Below are positions 47,051 through 57,172 of a stretch of DNA of 64,000 nucleotides, piece by piece; within the stretch, counting starts at the first letter, position 1; every line of letters starts with the position of its first letter. The notes beneath the pieces are model-generated. The model made no database searches and was not told where the DNA came from. It saw only the letters and a list, made by a program, of their open reading frames with translations. Both the position numbers and the translations under genes were made by a program. The stretch is from Acidobacteriota bacterium. Its GTDB lineage: Bacteria > Acidobacteriota > UBA890 > WLXD01. The DNA is taken from contig CBDFKD010000002.1 in the NCBI GenBank assembly GCA_965248695.1, positions 3,968,001-4,032,000 on the forward strand, read 5' to 3'.

Positions 47051-48052
47051 ATGCTCACCACGAAACTCGGCCATAGCGGTCTGGAGGTCTCCCGCATCTG
47101 CCTCGGCTGCATGACCTACGGCGACCCGGGGTGGCGGCCGTGGGTGCTGAGCGAGGAGCAGGCGCGCCCACACTTCGAGCGCGCGCTGGAGCTGGGCATC
47201 AACTTCTTCGACACCGCCGACATGTATTCGCTCGGCGAGAGCGAGCGCATCACCGGGAAAATGCTCGGCGAGATGGCGCGGCGTGACGATTACGTGCTCG
47301 CCAGCAAGTGCTTCTACCCGGTCGTCGAGGGACCCAACCGGAGCGGCTTGTCCCGAAAGCACATCCTGGCCGCCTGCGAAGACTCGCTGCGCCGGCTCGG
47401 CACCGATCACATCGACCTGTACCAGATTCATCGCTGGGATTTCGAGACGCCGATCGAGGAGACCCTCGAGGCGCTCGACGCGCTCGTGCGTGCGGGCAAG
47501 GTGCGCTACCTCGGTGCGAGCAGCATGGCGGCGTGGCAGTTCCTCACGGCTCTGTACACCTCCGACACCAGCGGTTGGCACCGCTTCGTCTCGATGCAGA
47601 ACCACCACAACCTCGTCTATCGCGAGGAGGAGAGGGAGATGCTGCCCCTGTGCCTCGATCAGGGAGTCAGCACGATGCCGTGGAGCCCGCTAGCGCGCGG
47701 CTTCTTGAGCGGCGTCCGCTCGCGCGACGAGCCCCGGCCTACCGTTCGCGCACGCTCCGATTCCTACGCCGATGCCATGTACTACCGGGACGCTGACTTC
47801 GATGTGCTCGAGGCGCTGCTCTCGGTCAGCGAGGAGCGCGGCGCGAAGCCGGCAGCGGTCGCCTTGGCATGGCTACTGAGCATGCCCGCCGTGGCCAGCC
47901 CGATCGTCGGCGCGACCAAGGTCGAGTACCTGGACGACGCTGCCGCCGCGATCGATCTGGAGCTGACCACCGAGGAGATCGAGACACTCGAGGCCGCCTA
48001 TGTCCCGGGGCCGGTCCAGGGGCACGATCAGCCGGGGCCGCGCGACGCCTGA
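47051..48052 (+). CDS. Aldo/keto reductase
   Basis: LGHSGLEVSRICLGCM, FFDTADMY, SK, DLYQIHRWD, GKVRYLGASS, PWSPLARG and PIVGATK. Confidence 0.93.
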   Translation: MLTTKLGHSGLEVSRICLGCMTYGDPGWRPWVLSEEQARPHFERALELGINFFDTADMYSLGESERITGKMLGEMARRDDYVLASKCFYPVVEGPNRSGLSRKHILAACEDSLRRLGTDHIDLYQIHRWDFETPIEETLEALDALVRAGKVRYLGASSMAAWQFLTALYTSDTSGWHRFVSMQNHHNLVYREEEREMLPLCLDQGVSTMPWSPLARGFLSGVRSRDEPRPTVRARSDSYADAMYYRDADFDVLEALLSVSEERGAKPAAVALAWLLSMPAVASPIVGATKVEYLDDAAAAIDLELTTEEIETLEAAYVPGPVQGHDQPGPRDA

Positions 48053-49515
48053 CCGGCTTGCATCAGCCGCTCGATTCGATCCAGTAGCGCGCCGATGATG
48101 ACCTCGTCGGTCAGTGGGTTCATCACCGTCAGCTTCAGGTAGGTGATGCCGCCGACATCGGCCGTGGCGATCAGGAACCTCCCGTCCATTCGCAGCGCGC
48201 GTCGGATCGTGCGCTGAAGCTCGTCCGGATCGACGGCCGGCGCGTCGCTCGATGCCGCCGAATCGCACCCGGTCCCCACGTATCGGAAGCACAGGTTGTT
48301 CGACTGTGGCTCGAACGGACATTCAAAGCCGGGGCGGTCCGCGATCAGCCTGTGAAAACCCTTGGCGCGGTCGAACAGCAACTCGACGTGGTCGGCGAGC
48401 CGGCGCTCGCCCAGCGCCGCGAGCACCGGGTAGACCTTGAGGCTCAAGACTCCCTTGGAGCATTCGAACGAGCGCTCGAACAGGTTCGGATACTCCGGAT
48501 CCTCGTCGGGCTCGAGGTAGCTCTGCTGCTGCGCGAACGTGGTTCCGCACGCAGCGGCGTCGCGGTACAAGACCGCCGTGCAGAGCACCGACGTCTGCAG
48601 CATCTTGTGGGCGTTCCACACCAGGGAGTCGGCGAGCTCCGCACCCGCCATCAGGTGTCGCGTGCTCTCGGGTAGCAGCGCCGCGCCACCGTGGGCGGCG
48701 TCGATGTGAAACCAGAGATCGTGCTCGCGGCAGAAGTGGCCCGTTTCCTCCAGCGGATCGAAGAGTCCGGTGGCTGTGGCGGCAGCTGTTGCCACGACCG
48801 CAATGACGCGGCGCCCGCCCGCCGCCGCCGACTCGTACGCTGCCGGGAGCGCGTCGGGTCGCAGTACATCGTTGTCGTCGACCGCAACGGGAACGACGGC
48901 CCGAGCGCCTAGCCCGAGCACTGCGACTGCGCGAGCGACCGAGTAGTGTGCACTGGCCGGCGCCAGCACCGCGACCGGCTGTCGCGCGCCTTCCTCCCAG
49001 GAGTCCGGGCAGGCATGGGCGCGGGCGGCGAGTAGCCCGGTGAGGTTACCCAGCGAGCCGCCGTTGGTCAGCACGCCGTCACCGTCAGTCCAGCCGAGAT
49101 GCCCCAGCATCCAGCGAATGATCTCGAGCTCCATCACCACCGAGGCCGGCCCCATCTCGTAGATAGCCGAGTCGCTGTTGCCGACCCCCTTGACCAGATT
49201 CGACGCCGCTGCCAGATGGTGCGGTACCGCACCTTGCAAGGCGATGTAACCCGGGTGCTGGAGCAACACGCTGTGCTCCAGGTACCAATCCAGGAAGGCG
49301 CGGAACCCCTCCAAGGTCATGCCGCCTTCGGCGATCGACCCGAAAGTGCGCAGCTCGTCGCGCAGCTCCGAGAACCCGCGGTAGGCGACCACGGGTCGCT
49401 CTTGGGCAACTGCAGCTTCCAAGTGTGTCCGGAGCGCATCGACCGCAAGCTCGACGCTGGTCTCGAACTCTCGGATCGAAAACGTCGGCTGTATCTGCTC
49501 CTGCAGGTCGCGCAC
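48028..49515 (-). CDS. Group II PLP-dependent decarboxylase (diaminobutyrate/aromatic amino acid decarboxylase-like)
   Basis: GVLTNGGSLGNL, AHYSV, TATGLFDP, WFHIDAAHGG and PLP-Lys WNAHKM. Confidence 0.9.
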   Translation of the reverse strand: MRDLQEQIQPTFSIREFETSVELAVDALRTHLEAAVAQERPVVAYRGFSELRDELRTFGSIAEGGMTLEGFRAFLDWYLEHSVLLQHPGYIALQGAVPHHLAAASNLVKGVGNSDSAIYEMGPASVVMELEIIRWMLGHLGWTDGDGVLTNGGSLGNLTGLLAARAHACPDSWEEGARQPVAVLAPASAHYSVARAVAVLGLGARAVVPVAVDDNDVLRPDALPAAYESAAAGGRRVIAVVATAAATATGLFDPLEETGHFCREHDLWFHIDAAHGGAALLPESTRHLMAGAELADSLVWNAHKMLQTSVLCTAVLYRDAAACGTTFAQQQSYLEPDEDPEYPNLFERSFECSKGVLSLKVYPVLAALGERRLADHVELLFDRAKGFHRLIADRPGFECPFEPQSNNLCFRYVGTGCDSAASSDAPAVDPDELQRTIRRALRMDGRFLIATADVGGITYLKLTVMNPLTDEVIIGALLDRIERLMQAGQASRGPG

Positions 49516-49818
49516 GTGGCGGCCTCACTCGTACCGTTTGCTGCTGGCTGTCCCGAACACGACCGCGGTCGGGTGGTCCCGCGAGCTACGGTACGCGCGG
49601 CTCACACGGGAGTCTATGTCGGCTGCGTCAAGGGTTACACCGCTGGGCCGCCCAGCATCATCTCCACTTGAAACTGTTTTGGCTCTGAGCACCAACGTCA
49701 TCTCTCGATCCGAAGCCTCTGACTGGTAGAGTGCACCCGCGCGGTGCCTACAATCCTGCATGTCACATACAACCTGCCTGCGCGCACTTCACCAGAGGCA
49801 ATCCACCGAGGCGAGACT

Positions 49819-50553
49819 ATGGGTCCCGAACGGCTGCGCGACTTCAAGGTCCTCACATTCGACTGCTACGGAACGCTCATTGACTGGGAGACGGGAATCC
49901 TCAATGAGCTAAAGCCGTGGGCTGCTCGACACGGTCTGACTCTGGATGACGAACCGCTGTTGGGGGCCTTTGCCGAGGAGGAGGCAGCGTGCGAGAGGCA
50001 GACGCCCAAGAAGCTCTATCCCCAGCTCCTCGAGTCGGTGCTCGAGCGGCTCGCGGAGCGGTGGTCCGTAGCGCTCGACGAGGGGGAGGCGGCGGAGTTC
50101 GGACGGTCTGTGGGCAGGTGGCCGGCCTTCCCCGACAGCTCGGAGGCTCTCGTGTATCTCCAGCAGCACTACAAACTGGTGATTCTCTCCAACGTCGACC
50201 GCGATTCCTTCGCGCTGAGCGAGTCGCGACTGGGGATCAAGTTCGATCGCGTCATCACGGCACAGGACGTCGGCTCCTATAAGCCCGACGCGCGGAACTT
50301 CGTGTACATGTTGGAGGACCTGCAACGGACCCTGGGGACCGGACCTGAGGTGATTCTGCACACGGCGCAGAGCCTCTTCCACGACGTCGTTCCCGCCAAG
50401 GTAGCGGGATTGAAGACGATGTGGATCAATCGCCGCAGAGGATCCGACGGATGGGGTGCCACGCCACCGGTGGAAGGTGAGGGCGCGACACCGGATCTCG
50501 AGGTCGCGGGCATGGCGGAGCTCGTCGCACTACACCAGGCGGCCCTCGCATGA
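49819..50553 (+). CDS. Haloacid dehalogenase type II family hydrolase
   Basis: LTFDCYGTLIDWETG, ILSNVD, GSYKP and HTAQSLFHD. Confidence 0.9.
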   Translation: MGPERLRDFKVLTFDCYGTLIDWETGILNELKPWAARHGLTLDDEPLLGAFAEEEAACERQTPKKLYPQLLESVLERLAERWSVALDEGEAAEFGRSVGRWPAFPDSSEALVYLQQHYKLVILSNVDRDSFALSESRLGIKFDRVITAQDVGSYKPDARNFVYMLEDLQRTLGTGPEVILHTAQSLFHDVVPAKVAGLKTMWINRRRGSDGWGATPPVEGEGATPDLEVAGMAELVALHQAALA

Positions 50554-50581
50554 TGGAGGCGGCCGCACCGGCGACGGCGAG

Positions 50582-52558
50582 ATGAACGACCGCGATCGCG
50601 CACTGGGAATGCACCGACCGATCAAGCGTCGGGACTTCGTTGCCGGGGTCGGCGCCGCGGTGGGCGGAGCCATGGTGATCCCGGGAATCACCCGGCCCGC
50701 GGTGCCTACGTCGCGTCAGCTCAGACCAGTTGACGCCGAGAGCTACCCGCCTCTCCGAACCGGGTTGCGCGGTGCCCACCCAGGGTCCTTCGAGGCGGCG
50801 CACCGGACGCGCGACGGGGCCAGCTGGGAAGGAGCGGAGCCTGTCGACGAGAGGTACGACGCCGTCGTCGTAGGAGGTGGCCTCAGCGGTCTGGCGGCGG
50901 CGTACTTCTATCGTCAGTCGACGGGCCCGGATGCTCGGATCCTGATCCTCGACAATCACGACGACTTCGGCGGCCACGCCAAGCGAAACGAGTTCGAGAC
51001 AAGTGCGGGGACGCTGATCTCTAACGGGGGGTCGTCCTACATGGTTCGGCCCGTGACCTACCCGGCGCCGGTCCTGGCCATGCTCCGCGATATCGGTGCG
51101 GAGCTCGACGAGCCGACGAACAGTGTGGATAGAAGCGCGTTCCGCCGCCGGGGGATGGTGCGCGGGACGTTCTTCGACCGTGAAACGTCCGGGGAGGATC
51201 GGCTGGTCACCGGTGGCAGTCTTTCGCAACCGACGCATGAGTTCCTCGCTCGAACGCCCTTGTCGGAACGCGTGCGTGCGGACCTTGTTCGCCTTTACGC
51301 CGGGGAGGACTACCTCGCCGGCATGTCAGCGGAGGAGAAGGAAGCCCATCTGCAGCGCATCAGCTATCGCGACTATCTGCTCGACGTTGCGAAGGTCCAT
51401 CCCGACGTGCTCACGCTGGTCGGGAGCGTGTGGGCGCTCTCGCAGGACACGGCGAGCGCCTGGTTCGCCTTCTACCGCGGTGGTATGGGCTTCGAGGGCC
51501 TCGGGCTGACCCGCCCGCCCTTCTCTCCGGAGCGGTCCGAGGAGGGGCACGAATCCGTCACCTTCCCCGCCGGAAACTCCGACATCGCGCGGCTCATCGT
51601 TCGCTCTCTGATTCCGCCCGCCCTTCCGGCAGGGCGAATGGCGGACGGCATCCTCGATCGCGTGGATTACTCGAAGCTCGACGAGCCGAGCGCGCCGGTA
51701 CGGATCCGGCTAGAAAGCAGCGCCGTTCAGGTCAAGCACCTGGGCGAGATACCCGTCGGCCGACTGCGCACGGACGATCGGGAGACCGAGGTTACCTATG
51801 TTCGAGAGGGCAGGCCGTACCGGGTTCGATCGAAGGGGACCATTCTCGCCTGCGACAACTCGATGATTCCGTACATCTGTCCGGGGCTGCCCGAGAAGCA
51901 GCGTGAGGCGCTCCTCCTCTCCGACCGGGCGGTGAACATGATGACCACGGTCGTGGTTCGGAACTGGACTTCGTTCGAGCGGTTGGCCATTACCGGGGTG
52001 GACAGCCCGGGGATGTTCTACAACACCTTCAATCTCCGTCCACCGAGGCAGTTCGGCGCAAACCGGCCGGAGTTCGACCCTGCCAAGCCCGCGCTGGTGG
52101 GGTTGCAAAGCCCGTCTGGTGTTCTGCACCACAGCACCATGGTTCGGGAGTTGTTCGGCGGCAATCCACCCGTGCCCGGCACTCCGCTCCGGGAGCAGCT
52201 CGCGGCGCTCCGTACCCGTATGTTGGCGACCTCGTTCGAGGACTTCGAGCGTCGGATTCGGGAGCAGCTTGCGCGAGTCCTGGCGCCCGGCGGTTTCGAT
52301 CCCGCCCGCGACATCGAGGCCATCACGATCAACCGTTGGCCGCACGGGTTCGCAATGGGAACCAACGCGCTCTTCGATCCCGCCGAGTGGACGGGCGACA
52401 ACCACCCCACGGTGGTAGGTCGTCAGAGGTTCGGAAGGATCACCATCGCAAGCTCCGACGCGGCCGGTCTGAGCCTTGCGCAGGCGGCGATGGGCGAGGG
52501 CCGTCGGGCCGCGATCGAATTGGTGCCTCGGAACTACGGGTACTTCAACGAGATCTGA
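50582..52558 (+). CDS. Tat-exported FAD-dependent oxidoreductase, spermidine dehydrogenase (SpdH)-like
   Basis: KRRDFV; YPP..TGLRGAHPGSFE.AH, VVGGGLSGLAAA, ILDNHDDFGGHAKRNEF, FP.GN..IAR and DIEAITINRWPHG, matching my recollection of Pseudomonas SpdH. Confidence 0.82.
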   Translation: MNDRDRALGMHRPIKRRDFVAGVGAAVGGAMVIPGITRPAVPTSRQLRPVDAESYPPLRTGLRGAHPGSFEAAHRTRDGASWEGAEPVDERYDAVVVGGGLSGLAAAYFYRQSTGPDARILILDNHDDFGGHAKRNEFETSAGTLISNGGSSYMVRPVTYPAPVLAMLRDIGAELDEPTNSVDRSAFRRRGMVRGTFFDRETSGEDRLVTGGSLSQPTHEFLARTPLSERVRADLVRLYAGEDYLAGMSAEEKEAHLQRISYRDYLLDVAKVHPDVLTLVGSVWALSQDTASAWFAFYRGGMGFEGLGLTRPPFSPERSEEGHESVTFPAGNSDIARLIVRSLIPPALPAGRMADGILDRVDYSKLDEPSAPVRIRLESSAVQVKHLGEIPVGRLRTDDRETEVTYVREGRPYRVRSKGTILACDNSMIPYICPGLPEKQREALLLSDRAVNMMTTVVVRNWTSFERLAITGVDSPGMFYNTFNLRPPRQFGANRPEFDPAKPALVGLQSPSGVLHHSTMVRELFGGNPPVPGTPLREQLAALRTRMLATSFEDFERRIREQLARVLAPGGFDPARDIEAITINRWPHGFAMGTNALFDPAEWTGDNHPTVVGRQRFGRITIASSDAAGLSLAQAAMGEGRRAAIELVPRNYGYFNEI

Positions 52559-52574
52559 CTTCGGAGCGCGTCGG

Positions 52575-52605
52575 TTGACAGCTTGCCGTCGCAATCTGTA
52601 TCAAT
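52575..52605 (+). promoter_or_regulatory. Possible sigma70 promoter for atoE
   Basis: Perfect TTGACA (52575-52580), 18-nt spacer and a weak -10 TATCAA(T). Confidence 0.3.
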
Positions 52606-52759
52606 CGCCTCATACGATTTCTCAGCGCTCCTGTTGCTCGCTGACCGCTGTCTGCCCGCCGTCCAGGTACACCCCTGCACGCGAGTGGCGTGATCCGCGA
52701 ACCCTCAGGAGCGTTGGCCCAACGGATTCTGAGTTCATAGCGTCTTCAAGGAGCCGAGC

Positions 52760-54181
52760 ATGACGACTGATGAGCAGGCCATCGAGCCTGACATGACTCC
52801 CGTCCAGAAGTTCGGGGAGGCCATCGCCGACCGGGTAGAACGGTGGATGCCGAGCCCGTTCCTCTTCGCGATCCTCCTGACCTACGTCGCCGCGGGCGCT
52901 GCGTTTATCTCGGAGGGGTCCGCAGTGACCGAGATCGCCCTGTCATGGTACGGAGGCTTCTGGAACCTGCTGCAGTTCGCCATGCAGATGGTGATCATCC
53001 TCGTGACCGCCAATGTGGTGGCCTATCACCCACGGGTCAGGGGAATGATCCTGGGCCTCGTTCGGATTCCCAAGAACGGCCGACAGGCCGTCGTTCTCGT
53101 TGGTGTCGGATCGATGCTGACCGGATGGATCTCCTGGGGCTTGGGGCTCATCTTCGGAGCGATCCTGGCCCGCGAGATGGGCAAGCACGCCGCACGAAGC
53201 GGGATGGCTGCCCACTATCCGCTGTTGGCCGTGGCGGGCTACATGGGGATGAGCCTTACGTGGGGATGGGGGCTGTCCAGTTCCGCCGGTCTCCTTCAAG
53301 CGACCGAGGGCAACGCGCTGATGAGGATGGGCTTCGTCGATCGCGTGATCCCTTCGACGGAGTGGGTGTTCCACCCCTATCCGCTGATTCTCACGGGCCT
53401 GTCGATCATCTTCGGCTCGATCATGCTGTATCTGCTGAGCCCGCCCGATCAGAACTGCAGGCCGATTGGCTATTACGTGAACGACGACGGTGGGGATGCT
53501 CGACCGGAAGCCACCCCGGCTGCGCAAGAGGATCCCGCTGACGCCAAACCGGCGATAGCCGACAGGATCGACAACAGCCGGATCCTCGGTGGCATCATCG
53601 CGTTGACTGGCGTCGTGCTGTTTCTCAGACAGTTCTTCACGCAAGGCCTCGGAGCGCTGGACCTGAATAACTTCAACTTCGGGTTCCTGATGATCGGCCT
53701 CTTGCTCTACGTCAGTCCGACCAAATACCTGCGCGAGTTTTACGACGCCGTTCAGGGGAGCGCGGGAGTTGTGCTGCTCTTCCCGTTCTACGCCGGCATT
53801 ATCGGAATCATGACCGGGACAGGGCTGGTCGATACGATGACCGCCTCGCTGCTCTCGATCGCCACACCGGAGAACTTCGCGGTGACCGCCTGGATCACCG
53901 GAGGGGTCCTCAACCTCTTCGTGCCCTCAGCCGGGGGCGAATGGGCGATCATCGGTGGCCCCATGATGGTGGCCGGTGCCGAGTTGGGCATCCCGCACGG
54001 CCAGACGATCGCCGCCTACGCGGTCGGGGACGCGCACACGAACCTCCTCAACCCGTTTTGGGCCATCCCGCTGCTGGCCATCACCGGCCTTCGTGCTCGG
54101 GACATGTTCGGCTACGCGATCACCATGATGATCTTGCTCGTCCCGTTTCTGGCGATCGTGCTCTACGTGCTGCCCTACTGA
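52760..54181 (+). CDS. atoE: Short-chain fatty acid transporter (AtoE family)
   Basis: ERWMPSPFLFAILLT, GFWNLLQFAMQM, HYPLL, FPFYAGI, NLFVPSAGGEW and GDAHTNLLNPFWAIPLL; AAGGAG RBS. Confidence 0.9.
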   Translation: MTTDEQAIEPDMTPVQKFGEAIADRVERWMPSPFLFAILLTYVAAGAAFISEGSAVTEIALSWYGGFWNLLQFAMQMVIILVTANVVAYHPRVRGMILGLVRIPKNGRQAVVLVGVGSMLTGWISWGLGLIFGAILAREMGKHAARSGMAAHYPLLAVAGYMGMSLTWGWGLSSSAGLLQATEGNALMRMGFVDRVIPSTEWVFHPYPLILTGLSIIFGSIMLYLLSPPDQNCRPIGYYVNDDGGDARPEATPAAQEDPADAKPAIADRIDNSRILGGIIALTGVVLFLRQFFTQGLGALDLNNFNFGFLMIGLLLYVSPTKYLREFYDAVQGSAGVVLLFPFYAGIIGIMTGTGLVDTMTASLLSIATPENFAVTAWITGGVLNLFVPSAGGEWAIIGGPMMVAGAELGIPHGQTIAAYAVGDAHTNLLNPFWAIPLLAITGLRARDMFGYAITMMILLVPFLAIVLYVLPY

Positions 54182-54353
54182 GCGCGCCTGGGAGGCGCTG
54201 GCGTTACAGTGCGTAATTCGTGGTCTAGGGAGTGCTCGTCGTGACCGTTTGGGCATCCCGGCGGTGGCACGGGCTCACACTGGAACCTACGAGCTCGTCT
54301 CCAATTGGCGGAATAGATCTCTGCCTCGTCACCACTTCCCCAGGGAGACACCC

Positions 54354-55676
54354 ATGCGGTACGCGGTAGCTTTGTGCCTGTGTTTGTTCATTGCCACCGA
54401 CGGGCTCGCCGCCGTGGCTGACGGCATCGACATGGTCAGGATCCGGCGCGGCACGTTCACGATGGGCAGCGACGACGAACTGTCGGCGCCGATCGCCACA
54501 AACGTGCCCGCCCATAGGGTCACCGTATCCGCCTTCAAGATGGGCGTGTACGAGGTGACCAACCAGCAGTTCGCCGAATACCTCAACGCAGCAGAGCTCG
54601 GCGGCGAGATCGAGGTGCGTGACGATCTCCCCGCCACCGCTCACGGTACCGGGGTCTTCGTCCTCGGAACGAGCGGGTACCCCGCGGCCGCGCAGAAGAT
54701 CTACCACCTCGGGGGAACGAACCTGGACGGCGAGAGCGAGCTCAACATCCCCTGGATCGCCTACGACGAAGGTGCCGTGCTCGGGATGCGCTTCCAGATC
54801 CTCGACAGCCAGGACGTGTTCGGCAACAACGACGCGCTCGATACTTCCGACTGGCCAGCGACCTTCGTCATGTGGCATGGAGCGGCCGCTTTTGCCGCAT
54901 TCAACGCCTATGCGCTCCCCACCGAGGCCCAGTGGGAGTACGCCTCCCAGGGAGGCGTGGGCAACGACTACGGTACCGACGACGGCACCCTCTCGCTCGC
55001 CAACGCCAACTACAGCGGCCAGGACACTCCCGGCGCGATCGCCGCGGGTGCGGTGGGGCACGTCGTCGCCGTGGGATCTTATGCGGCCAATCCGTTCAAC
55101 CTGTACGACCTGGCAGGGAACGCGTGGGAGTGGACGGCCGACAACTACGACGGTGACTTTTACGCCAACACCGACGGTGCCACCAACCCCTTCAGCCGCA
55201 TTGGAATCGACGGAACCAGCGACAATCCCGCGGAGGCGGTCGCCTGTATGGGCGGTCCGAACCTGGTGTACACCTGCAATACACGCCTCAAGCGTGGCGG
55301 CAGCTGGAACTTCCACGGTGTGACGATACGGAGCGAGGCGCGCAACACCGACTACCCCTTCCGCGGTAACGATCACTTCGGGTTCAGGGTGGCCGGCGCC
55401 GTGTCCAAGCCTGACAAGACCGGCAAGCTCGCAGCCGATGTCCAGGATGACGGCGCGGTGCTCTTCTCCTGGGACGACAAGTCCGATGACGAGTCGTTCT
55501 TCGAGCTGGAGTGCAAAGGCTCGGGCAAGTGGAGCCACCTTGCGAAGGTCGGAGCCAACGTCGAGCAGGTGACCAGCGAGGCACTAGAAGCCGGGACGAA
55601 GTATAAGTGCCGCGTTCGGGCGCAAAATTCAGCCGGGAAGTCCGGCTGGAAGCGGAAGAACGTCGACCTCAGGTAA
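54354..55676 (+). CDS. Secreted FGE-sulfatase-domain protein with C-terminal fibronectin type III domain
   Basis: GTFTMGS, YEVTNQQF, LPTEAQWEYA, LYDLAGNAWEW, RGGSW and FGFRV. The FN3 domain reads SWDDKSDDESFF...LEAGTKYKCRVRAQNSAGKS. Confidence 0.85.
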   Translation: MRYAVALCLCLFIATDGLAAVADGIDMVRIRRGTFTMGSDDELSAPIATNVPAHRVTVSAFKMGVYEVTNQQFAEYLNAAELGGEIEVRDDLPATAHGTGVFVLGTSGYPAAAQKIYHLGGTNLDGESELNIPWIAYDEGAVLGMRFQILDSQDVFGNNDALDTSDWPATFVMWHGAAAFAAFNAYALPTEAQWEYASQGGVGNDYGTDDGTLSLANANYSGQDTPGAIAAGAVGHVVAVGSYAANPFNLYDLAGNAWEWTADNYDGDFYANTDGATNPFSRIGIDGTSDNPAEAVACMGGPNLVYTCNTRLKRGGSWNFHGVTIRSEARNTDYPFRGNDHFGFRVAGAVSKPDKTGKLAADVQDDGAVLFSWDDKSDDESFFELECKGSGKWSHLAKVGANVEQVTSEALEAGTKYKCRVRAQNSAGKSGWKRKNVDLR

Positions 55677-55797
55677 CCTGATCCGGATTGGCGACAGGAG
55701 CATCGTGCCGGCGGCTAGAGCACGCAGTCCTTCACCTGATCGGTCGGATCGACCGTCCAGACGCTGTCTCCCCGCCTGCACCGCTCAGCGCGACCTG

Positions 55798-57172
55798 CTA
55801 CTCGACGCCTGAGCCGAGTACATCGAGGTCCAACAACAGCTTGCCGGTGTGCTCGAGGAGCCGCACTCCGGGTCGGTGCCCCTGGCCGACGGCGCCAACC
55901 AGGAGGTCTTGCCGGCCGGCAAAGATGGCGTAGATCCCACGCGCCTGAGAGCTGTGGAAGGTGGCATCGAATGCCTGAGCAGTTCCCAGTAGTGTCAGAT
56001 CAACACGGCTCCAGAATTGCACCTGCACACTGCGGTCGTTGGCCGTGTATACGAGCGCTACGTCGCCGCCGACGCTGCCGGCGCCGCGAAAATTGCCGGT
56101 TACCCAGTGGTTCACGGCCACATCGCCCGTCAACACCGTGCCGCCGCCCACTCGTCGGGCTCGCTTATTGGCAGTGTCGTACGTGCGAAAGGCTGCGCCG
56201 CCTCGATTCCTCTGGTAGCCGACGAATACCAGATCGCCGCTGGACGGGTCGACGCGGGACTCGATCTCCGTGCCACCGGCCACCGAGCGCCACGTCAAGT
56301 TCTCCACGTTGGTCGGTGTCAGGGTCCCGGCCGAAAGGGTCTTTGCGGCCACATCCAGCACGCGTGCCTCACCGCGGCCGTTTCTCCGCCGTTGTGCACC
56401 GATCAGGGTTTCGCGCCCGACACGGGTCGGCACGAAGTCGCCGACGACGAACGCGGCGCGATCGAACGACCGGCCCGAAGACACGTCGGTCCGCCAGCAA
56501 CGCGCCCGATGCCAAACTGGCCACCCTCAGGTAGGCGCCGCGCCCGTTGCGACCCGAGTAACCGGCTATTAAGACCGGGGCGCCGTCGCCGGTCAGATCG
56601 TCGGAGAGCCAGGTAATCTCGGTGCTGTTCGCGGGCACGAGGCTGATCACACGCTCACGTGCCAACGTGTCGGGTGCCCGGGTGCCCGCGCCGCTCCGCA
56701 GTGACCACACCTCTGCGCTTCCCGATCCGTCGGCTGACTGGTAGCCAATGCCGATACGCGTACGCTCATCGCTTCCGGCGGGCACCTCGAACAACTGCAG
56801 ATCGATGATCTCCTGCCCGACCAGCGTCTCGGCGCTGGCGACCGCTTTGCCGCTGCGTGTTCGCACCAGTAGCTTGATGAAGCGGCCGTCCGGGTCCACC
56901 CCGACGATTGTCAGCTCCTCGGTACCGGTGCCGTCGAGTTGCAAGTTCGCGAGCTGGAACTCGCCTAGCTCCTCTCCGAGGAACACGTTCAGCACTCGCA
57001 CACCGTTGCCATCGTAGGCCTGGAACCAGGCGCCCCGTGCCGCGCCTTCGCTCTCGATTCCGAACACCCCGATGCGCTCGAGGGTGTCGGCGGCGTTGCC
57101 GGACCACGGCAACACGGCGGCGACCGAAACGGACAGGAGCAACAGAATCCCGAACCGACGCACGTGCCTCAT
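55798..57172 (-). CDS. Secreted hypothetical protein (FG-GAP-like beta-rich), split by a +1 frameshift at ~56474
   Basis: ATGA overlap with the giant gene; signal peptide; LDGTGTEEL, DLTGDG and VGDF motifs. Deleting one base at 56471-56477 joins ...DRRVFG to RSFDRAAFVVGDF... Confidence 0.65.

Noticed and set aside
49525-49761. 78-aa ORF between the decarboxylase and HAD genes
   Set aside because: It has no motif or convincing RBS and is more likely divergent promoter DNA.
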